Source: a virus
Lineage: Duplodnaviria; Caudoviricetes
DNA: 64,000 nt
Strand: one strand, 5' to 3'
IMG/VR virus record: IMGVR_UViG_3300021400_000468
Span: 1-64,000 of that record
Shown here: one piece after another, positions 57,610 to 64,000 of the stretch
Layout of the letters: each line of letters starts with the position of its first letter
How positions within the stretch are numbered: position 1 is the stretch's first letter
The notes under the pieces: generated by a model
What the model saw: only the letters and a program-made list of their open reading frames with translations
Databases searched by the model: none
Told to the model about the DNA's origin: nothing
Position numbers and translations under genes: made by a program

Positions 57610-58566
57610 TCAAGGCTTCCTGCCACGGCGGATGATGAGGGTCTTGTTTTCATCGTCCGTTTCAACGATCAGATCATCGTCGGTGACATAGGTGACGGAA
57701 TGATTCGGGTCGAAGTCTGCCGTAACGGGATAGAAGCCCAGCTTTTCGAGATAGTCCAGAAGCCGCTTCACCGTCTCGTCAAGGTGTCCTCTGACCGCAA
57801 AGCCCCTGGACACATATTCGCCCTTGGGCGTATACGGGACAAACTCCACCTCGGCTTCGGTGAAGTATCCGGTATTGAACATGGCGAGGATTTCCGTACC
57901 GCCGCCGCTGTCGGTAGGCGTGAATTGAGGATCTACAGTTGCCCGCTTCTCCGCATCCTCTTCCGGACTTCCGAAACCGCCGGTCGTACTGGTCTTCCGG
58001 ACAGGCGCTCCGGGGGCAAATATCTCTTCATCCCCGTTGAACTTACCGGTCGGATAAATGATGCTGTTCTCATCCACAACCCCGGCGTGTTCGATGGACA
58101 GGGAGACATAGGACAGCCGAAGCCTCATTCTGGCGCGGTATTCGTAAGAGGTTTCACCGATAATCCCGGTCAGGTCCTCCACATCTCCATCCCGCATAAA
58201 CGAAATGGAATGGATGTCGCACCATTCCACGGCATATTCAGATTGGAGATAATCTTCAAAGGCACAGAGGTCATCGACGGCGGTATTCTCCCGGGCCACC
58301 ACGCCGAGCTGCGGATCGGTAACAGGAGCACCGTGGGTAAACAGGTCGATATCGACCTGAACGCTGGACGCATACTGGCCCACATTCACCCCGTCAAAGA
58401 CCTTGATGTTCGGTCTTGTGGGACGGACTACCGCTCCGAAGGTAAGCAGAACCAGAGGCAGCTCCGGTTTCGGAATTCGGCTCTGTCTTGCAAGCAGGAC
58501 GTTCGCTTCTCCGAAATACTCCTTGGTCAGTTGCCGGAACAGTTCACGGGCTTCCTTTAATCTCAT
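57610..58566 (-). CDS. Neck/tail terminator protein
   Basis: Position upstream of sheath. Confidence 0.65.
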   Translation of the reverse strand: MRLKEARELFRQLTKEYFGEANVLLARQSRIPKPELPLVLLTFGAVVRPTRPNIKVFDGVNVGQYASSVQVDIDLFTHGAPVTDPQLGVVARENTAVDDLCAFEDYLQSEYAVEWCDIHSISFMRDGDVEDLTGIIGETSYEYRARMRLRLSYVSLSIEHAGVVDENSIIYPTGKFNGDEEIFAPGAPVRKTSTTGGFGSPEEDAEKRATVDPQFTPTDSGGGTEILAMFNTGYFTEAEVEFVPYTPKGEYVSRGFAVRGHLDETVKRLLDYLEKLGFYPVTADFDPNHSVTYVTDDDLIVETDDENKTLIIRRGRKP

Positions 58567-58967
58567 GACCCGCCCCCTTCCTCAAGATGCGGAGGGTCAA
58601 AGTCGATCTTCGATCCTTCGGCGTTATCCGGGACCAAAGCGAACCGGTAGTTGTAATGGGTCAGGATGGTATGAAACCACAGCTCGCAGGATACGCATTC
58701 GTACCAGTGGCCATTGAAATACAGCATGTCCGCTTTCGTCCCCGCGTCTCTGTCCGAAATCCTGATCTCAACCTCTCCATGACCCTCCAGCCGTCTCGCT
58801 ACGCTCTCACCGGCTCCGTCGCGGTCCGAAACCTGATCGCCCCCGGACGGGTGGACATGGATGCTGACCATGGTATCATCATAACCGGACACCATATATC
58901 CGCGCACTTCATGGGGTTCCTTGAATCTGCGGAGGGGATATTTCCGGTTGAACAATCTTATATTCAT
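58563..58967 (-). CDS. Head closure/neck protein
   Basis: Position; ADMLYFNGHWYEC motif. Confidence 0.65.
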   Translation of the reverse strand: MNIRLFNRKYPLRRFKEPHEVRGYMVSGYDDTMVSIHVHPSGGDQVSDRDGAGESVARRLEGHGEVEIRISDRDAGTKADMLYFNGHWYECVSCELWFHTILTHYNYRFALVPDNAEGSKIDFDPPHLEEGGGS

Positions 58968-58971
58968 GGAA

Positions 58972-59433
58972 TCACTTCACCTTTTCGGTATAGTAGGATA
59001 TTGACTTCTTCATCAAGCCGGTTTCATACAAGGGCTTGTTGAAGCCCTTTCTGGCAACCGTTGACGGGGCGTTGGGGACAAATTCACCGCGTTCAATTTC
59101 GTCCGCAATATCCTGCTTGACCTTCGTGCCGAACTTGCGTATCAAGGGGGCTGTGTTCTGACCTTTGACCATGGCATTGAAGATGTTCTCGCATTCTTCA
59201 ATATACTCTGCTTCGTGCCGTTTGAAGGATTGCTCCATAAACGGACGGGCGGGAATCTTAGAAGTGCCGAACTCATTATACATAGCCACATCAGCCACAT
59301 CGGTTCCATCCTCATATACCCCCTTACCACGCTGAAATCCAACGTGGATAGTCCGGTCGGCAAGCCAGTTCAGCTCGGCCATGAATTTAGCCCCTTTCGG
59401 GGTCATTTTCAAATCGTGGAATCCAAGTTGCAT
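58972..59433 (-). CDS. Neck/virion morphogenesis protein
   Basis: [28 protein letters not shown]. Confidence 0.8.
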   Translation of the reverse strand: MQLGFHDLKMTPKGAKFMAELNWLADRTIHVGFQRGKGVYEDGTDVADVAMYNEFGTSKIPARPFMEQSFKRHEAEYIEECENIFNAMVKGQNTAPLIRKFGTKVKQDIADEIERGEFVPNAPSTVARKGFNKPLYETGLMKKSISYYTEKVK

Positions 59434-59831
59434 GGGACATACCCTCTTTCTCCATCCACATGGATCGGAACGATCACCATACGGCGGATGCTCAGATATT
59501 GCAGTCCATAGGTGGTCAGGGCAAGCTCGGCGTCATTGGCGAGGTTGGAAGATTGGGAAGCCCCGAACGAAATGGAGGAACCACCCTCAGACACACTTGA
59601 AACGCCGAAGCCAAGATTTGCCATGTTGAACTCATCGCCGAGAGGATTTGTCCCTTCGCCGATCAGCTTCAGCTTATGGCAGACGAGAAGGGCAAGGCCC
59701 TGTTCGTACAGTTTCCCGAACTGTTTCTTGGACACCATGGGCCGGACTATTTCAAGCCACAGGTTGATGGTCTCATCCGAAACATCCTTGAACTCTGTTC
59801 CGATCACGCGGATCATTTCAAGTGCGGTCAT
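59409..59831 (-). CDS. DUF4054 head-tail adaptor
   Basis: EF...LLVCH...SSVSEG.SSISF...TTYG.QY. Confidence 0.8.
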   Translation of the reverse strand: MTALEMIRVIGTEFKDVSDETINLWLEIVRPMVSKKQFGKLYEQGLALLVCHKLKLIGEGTNPLGDEFNMANLGFGVSSVSEGGSSISFGASQSSNLANDAELALTTYGLQYLSIRRMVIVPIHVDGERGYVPCNLDSTI

Positions 59832-59855
59832 TTTGTCACCTCATTTCAGGCGGGT

Positions 59856-60236
59856 TCAGGTGGTCTTCTTCGTGGGCTTTCTGCCGGGCTTGTTGGGCTT
59901 TTCTTCCGGATCGGGAGTATTCTCCTGTTCAGGAGAATCGGGAGCCTCTTCTTTGCTTTCGTCTTCCGACTCTTCATAGATGGTGCGGACAGGCCCGACG
60001 TTTTCAGCCTTGGGGACGGTAACGACGTCCACCAGTTCGAGGATGCCGAGTCTCAGGAAGGTCTTCACCACTTCAACATCGGAATACTTCTCAGCTCCGA
60101 GGTGGTCGGAAACCTGCTTCGCCACCGGAATATCATTCTCGATTCTCTGGTCGGGCAGGAGCATTACGGAGCTTCCGAGGAAAACGGCCTTGCCGGATTT
60201 GTTCTGAATGTACAGCATATTTATACAGACCTCCAA
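59856..60236 (-). CDS. Hypothetical protein after capsid
   Basis: Position; low-complexity tail. Confidence 0.5.
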   Translation of the reverse strand: MEVCINMLYIQNKSGKAVFLGSSVMLLPDQRIENDIPVAKQVSDHLGAEKYSDVEVVKTFLRLGILELVDVVTVPKAENVGPVRTIYEESEDESKEEAPDSPEQENTPDPEEKPNKPGRKPTKKTT

Positions 60237-60304
60237 TTATAGATTGAGGGAGGGACGTTCCCTTACGCCCCTCCCCATCTTCCGAACTTGCTTTCAGGAG
60301 CCGA

Positions 60305-61339
60305 TCAGGAAATACCGACGGCGATCATAGCGGACAGCGGGTAGTACACGATGACACCGGCGGTCCGGGATTCGCAGGGGATGACGGTTTCCAGATTCTT
60401 GGGCTGAGCGGAATACTGGCGGTAGGCCATGGGATTCTCAAGCGCGAGCTTGTCTTCCTTGTTGGTGAACAGGAAAGCGACGCCCTGACCGTTGGAAGCG
60501 GCGGCAAAGGGGTTGGTCTCGACGGAATCGGCATTCAGCTCAGCGGTGGAAACGATATCCTTGATGTAGGGGCTGTTATCCAGCAGGAACTTCAGGATAG
60601 TCAGGCCGGTGTCCGGGATTCTCTTCGTGGCGATGTACATATACACGTCTGCGGGGATGCAGAGGGTATCGGGACGCTCCACGTTCTTCGTGGTCACGGC
60701 GACGGTCTTCGCCATTCCGTTGATGTCATCGAGGATCTCATCCGGGGTCTTCTCAAACCACTTGGTCTTGCCGGAAGCGTTGGCAGGGATGGTGTACAGA
60801 GGGATGGACTGACCGGTGGACAGAACACCCATCAGGCCGGAGGTATCGTCGCCTCTCCACGCGATAGTGTTGACGGTCTTGTCGTTGGAGTACCGGGCGG
60901 CTTCGGCCTTTCTGGAATCGAGGTTCTTGTTCGCCAGACGGGAAGCTCTCATCTCCTGAACGGAATAGCCGTAGGACACGCCGATAGACTTGATCTTCGC
61001 CGTGGAGGGCTTGCCATCCACATCGGCTCTCGGCAGGTCATCGGAGTAGTTGTCGATGATCTTAGCGAGACCCTTCTTATCGTAGGAGTAGTAGGTGACG
61101 GTCTCAGCGCCCTCATCCACATCATGGGTGATCGGGAAGATCTGGAGGGCGGTCAGTTCGGGATATTCAACGTCATAGGATTTGGACTTGACGTAATCCA
61201 GTTCTCTGGCGAAGAATACGGACGCTTCCTCGGCGCTGTCGAAACGAGCCTGCTTGGAAGCCTGAATCGCTTCGGCGATGCCGGAATCCTTGATCGCACG
61301 AGCGTCCTTTCTGCTGTAGGACTTATGCTTGTTTGCCAT
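60305..61339 (-). CDS. Major capsid protein (DUF2184 family)
   Basis: FARELDYV...DDLPRAD...YGYSVQE...W..KTPDEIL.DI...GVIVYYP. Confidence 0.92.
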   Translation of the reverse strand: MANKHKSYSRKDARAIKDSGIAEAIQASKQARFDSAEEASVFFARELDYVKSKSYDVEYPELTALQIFPITHDVDEGAETVTYYSYDKKGLAKIIDNYSDDLPRADVDGKPSTAKIKSIGVSYGYSVQEMRASRLANKNLDSRKAEAARYSNDKTVNTIAWRGDDTSGLMGVLSTGQSIPLYTIPANASGKTKWFEKTPDEILDDINGMAKTVAVTTKNVERPDTLCIPADVYMYIATKRIPDTGLTILKFLLDNSPYIKDIVSTAELNADSVETNPFAAASNGQGVAFLFTNKEDKLALENPMAYRQYSAQPKNLETVIPCESRTAGVIVYYPLSAMIAVGIS

Positions 61340-61369
61340 TCGTTTTATCCTCCTTGTTGATTCTCAGAC

Positions 61370-61855
61370 TCAGTGGTTGTAGAGTTCCACGGGAGCGATG
61401 CCGTTGGCGGCTTCACCGAGGAAACGACCATTCACGGCGGTAGCGTTTTCGCTTCCAGATTCACCGGCGGTATTGGTGAAGAAACCGGTCTCGTCGCCGG
61501 ACTTCACGACATACAGCGGGTCATTATAGGCGACCTCAACGCCGGTGGCGACTCTGACATAGACGCGGCCCCAGCGGACAACGCCCACGCCAGCGCCCTT
61601 GTGCATCCGGATATGACCGTCAAGGTCATATTCGGTGGTGCGGTTGTTGTTCACAACGCCCTCGAAGGTGCCGGAGCCGGTGAACTTCTTGATCTGCTTA
61701 CCGGCAACAGTACCGGACATAGCCGCAAGACCCGGCTTCAGGACGCCGGTATCCTCTTCGTTGATGAAGCTGTCGATAGCGTGGGGGGTGAGGTCTACGA
61801 GACCACCCGCGATGCCGCGACCGGTGGTCCAGTTATAAGCGGTCTGAACTGCCAT
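61370..61855 (-). CDS. Capsid decoration/cement protein
   Basis: VQTAY...GIAG...GRVYVRV. Between scaffold and capsid. Confidence 0.75.
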   Translation of the reverse strand: MAVQTAYNWTTGRGIAGGLVDLTPHAIDSFINEEDTGVLKPGLAAMSGTVAGKQIKKFTGSGTFEGVVNNNRTTEYDLDGHIRMHKGAGVGVVRWGRVYVRVATGVEVAYNDPLYVVKSGDETGFFTNTAGESGSENATAVNGRFLGEAANGIAPVELYNH

Positions 61856-61869
61856 TGATTCTTTCCTCC

Positions 61870-63678
61870 TTAGTTCTTTTTGCCGTTGTTACGACGGCTG
61901 TTTTCCTTCTTGATCATGCCGTCGCGGTGTGCTTCCGCAGAGTCGCGATCCGTTCTGCTGTCGGCGTTGTAAGCCTTCTGGAACATCTGGCGTCTCTGAT
62001 AGGCCGTATCCTTCTTGGTGGCCTTCTTCACGTCATCGACGCAGAGGCGGTACAGAGCATCGATGTAGGCCTCGGACTTACCGTCAAGACGGATGCCGGG
62101 GCGGACCTTCTTGATGATCTTCTTCTTCGCCGTGGGAATGGGCTGATACTCCAGACCATCAAGGTTCAGACGGGAACCGATCTTGGCGATTTCCATCCGC
62201 TTGCGAAGCTGCTTCTGGACGATGGCATCGATGGAATCCTGATTCATGCGGGAAGGGATGCAGTCATCGTCACCATCTTCCTCGAATTCCTCTTCTTCCT
62301 CGTCATCTTCATCCTCGGCGATTTCCTCATCATCGCCGGACTTGGGCGGGAAGGGAGCGGGAGCATCGGTATCCTCGTCTTCGTCCTCTTCGAACTCCTC
62401 TTCTTCCTCATCCTCATCTTCAACGATGTCTTCGTCTTCGTCATCGTCGGAATCGCAGTTTGCCTTATCCTCGCAATCCGCTCCGTCCTCGTTGGTTTCT
62501 TCGGGATCATCCTCTTCATCGGAATCGGCCTGAGCTTCGGCACGGTCTTCATCTGTGAGGTTGGGCTTGGCGGCGGCTTCCTCCTTGCTGTTGGCAGGGA
62601 TGGGATCGGTATCCGCATCGGTATTTCCGGAACCACCCTTACCACCAAAATCTCTCTCGGCAAGCAGGGTGTCGATGAGGTCATACAGGAAATCGAGGTC
62701 CTCGTCCTGTTCGGCAATCTGCTCCATTGCGCCGTTCATGTCTTCAGGATCACCCTTCTCATCTCTGAGATCACGGCGGTTCTTCACGGCCTGAAGTTTC
62801 TCATCCACGGGTTTGGACTGATCGGGAAGCGCAGGAGCTTCCTGCTCGGGCTTGGGGAGGCTATCCTTCTTAACGGGAACGGCTTTAGGATTTTCGACAG
62901 CCGGTTCCTTCGTGGGAACTTCCTCCTGAGGCTTAACGACTTCCTGGTCGGCCAGCTTAGCGGCCTTGGCCTCGGAATCATCCTCATCGGTCTTTGCAGC
63001 CGCACGTCTCGCCTTGTAATCCGCAATGGCTTTCTGAAGCTCTTCCTGACTCAGAATGCTGTCATTGTGAATCGCAGACTTCTTAGCGGCTTTTCTCTTT
63101 GCCATAGTCTTGTGTCCTCCTGTCATAATGGTTTTATCGGCCCGGCTGTCGATATTGAGCCGCGCCTGATCACCTGCCCTTGCTTCCCGTACAACGGCAA
63201 GATGATTCACTCTAATATTGCGCTGAATGGCATCATACTTCTGCCCATTCCACACACCCGGCGTTTCCTCAAGGTCGAGGTTATAGCCGAGGGATAGTTC
63301 CTTATAACGGCACTCTTTCAGCGCATCGGTATCATGGATGACGATTTCTGCCCGAACATCGTCTCCATCCTTTTCCCCTTCGGTCAGGATCGTGCCGATC
63401 TGATTGTCGTGGACGTTATCCGTATTGATCAGGCCAGCATCATGCGTAATGACGATTGGCTTGCCTTTATACGACGCCAGACTTTCTGGATCAAACACAT
63501 CCTCCGGAAGCCGAAGCTCCCGTCTTGTTGTACCGTCGGAGTTCTTATATTCAAAAATACCGGTGGAGGTCAGGATGGGCTTATCCTTCAAATACCCCTC
63601 TTCGGTATAATTGGCGCGAAATGCAGGAAAGCTGTCCAATCTGGTAACATGAACCAGCTTCATAGGTTTTTCACTCAT
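61870..63678 (-). CDS. DUF2213 prohead protease/scaffold
   Basis: TEEGYL, GIFEY, RLPEDVF, ELSLGY, NHLAVVREARAG; long acidic region. Confidence 0.9.
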   Translation of the reverse strand: MSEKPMKLVHVTRLDSFPAFRANYTEEGYLKDKPILTSTGIFEYKNSDGTTRRELRLPEDVFDPESLASYKGKPIVITHDAGLINTDNVHDNQIGTILTEGEKDGDDVRAEIVIHDTDALKECRYKELSLGYNLDLEETPGVWNGQKYDAIQRNIRVNHLAVVREARAGDQARLNIDSRADKTIMTGGHKTMAKRKAAKKSAIHNDSILSQEELQKAIADYKARRAAAKTDEDDSEAKAAKLADQEVVKPQEEVPTKEPAVENPKAVPVKKDSLPKPEQEAPALPDQSKPVDEKLQAVKNRRDLRDEKGDPEDMNGAMEQIAEQDEDLDFLYDLIDTLLAERDFGGKGGSGNTDADTDPIPANSKEEAAAKPNLTDEDRAEAQADSDEEDDPEETNEDGADCEDKANCDSDDDEDEDIVEDEDEEEEEFEEDEDEDTDAPAPFPPKSGDDEEIAEDEDDEEEEEFEEDGDDDCIPSRMNQDSIDAIVQKQLRKRMEIAKIGSRLNLDGLEYQPIPTAKKKIIKKVRPGIRLDGKSEAYIDALYRLCVDDVKKATKKDTAYQRRQMFQKAYNADSRTDRDSAEAHRDGMIKKENSRRNNGKKN

Positions 63679-63965
63679 GTTCCCATCTCTCCCAACTCAT
63701 CTTCGTATTCATCGGTCGGAGTATAATCTGACTGATCCGTTTCTTCGGGGCGTCCGTCCTTCTTCCCTACCGCACCGGTAAGGAGAATGGTCAACTCCTG
63801 AAGCTGTCCGAGAACGGATACCTCCAAGTCTCCGAAATGATCCGCCATCTCATCCTCTCCATTATCCTGAAGAGAACGAATACTGTTCTCATACTCCACA
63901 ATCATGGCGGAACACTGACCAATTTTTTTGCAGATCTCTTCAATAGCGTTCGGTTTGGTTTCCAC
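63675..63965 (-). CDS. Hypothetical protein
   Basis: GGAGGTG RBS, coupled to DUF2213. Confidence 0.55.
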   Translation of the reverse strand: METKPNAIEEICKKIGQCSAMIVEYENSIRSLQDNGEDEMADHFGDLEVSVLGQLQELTILLTGAVGKKDGRPEETDQSDYTPTDEYEDELGEMGT

Positions 63966-64000
63966 GGTGCATCACCTCCCGTTGGCTTTATTTTCCATAC

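Larger units (their letters stand above)
1..64000 (-). mobile_element. Myovirus-type phage/prophage segment, probably Bacillota (Clostridia) host
   Basis: Co-oriented head, neck, sheath, tube, tape measure, baseplate, lysis, replication and recombination modules. Strong GGAGG RBSs and sigmaA-type promoters. No host housekeeping genes or ends in the window. Confidence 0.95.

Noticed and set aside
56332-58560. 742-aa plus-strand ORF (also 61855-63297, 17401-18486, 21183-22241 and similar)
   Set aside because: These are antisense shadows of well-supported minus-strand genes with biased codon usage and have no recognisable motifs.
1-64000. tRNA/rRNA, integrase, repressor, terminase, portal
   Set aside because: None was recognised by eye. 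They probably lie outside the window, so lifestyle and genome ends cannot be determined.

Overview
This 64-kb window is part of a contractile-tailed (myovirus-type) phage or prophage, most likely of a Bacillota/Clostridia host. Almost all real genes are on the minus strand. Reading in transcription direction (right to left): head genes (DUF2213 protease/scaffold, decoration protein, DUF2184 capsid), neck, sheath/tube, a tail chaperone with a -1 frameshift site, tape measure, baseplate and a 2083-aa adhesin ending in a DGR-type variable repeat; then lysis genes; then an early region of about 18 kb of small genes; then SSB/DnaB, a long accessory operon and a RecT recombination module. Ten near-identical sigma70/sigmaA promoters, each with a palindrome over the -35 box, drive the non-structural half. 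The most striking element is at 9.5-10.9 kb. A solitary 192-aa Cas7/RAMP-like gene is followed immediately by a ~345-bp non-coding array of 62 in-register NN-GG(Y) pentamers, split into six units by GGA-TT(C/A)T linkers, and then by a winged-helix-like gene. This looks like a compact phage RNA-guided system whose information lies in the variable dinucleotides (VIPR-like), not a canonical CRISPR. Other notable items are a counter-oriented GmrSD gene, an orphan DGR target with no RT or template repeat in the window, a convergent antisense sRNA/small-ORF pair, an RNAP alpha-CTD-like protein and an origin-like repeat region. All protein assignments come from motif recognition by eye; no searches were run.
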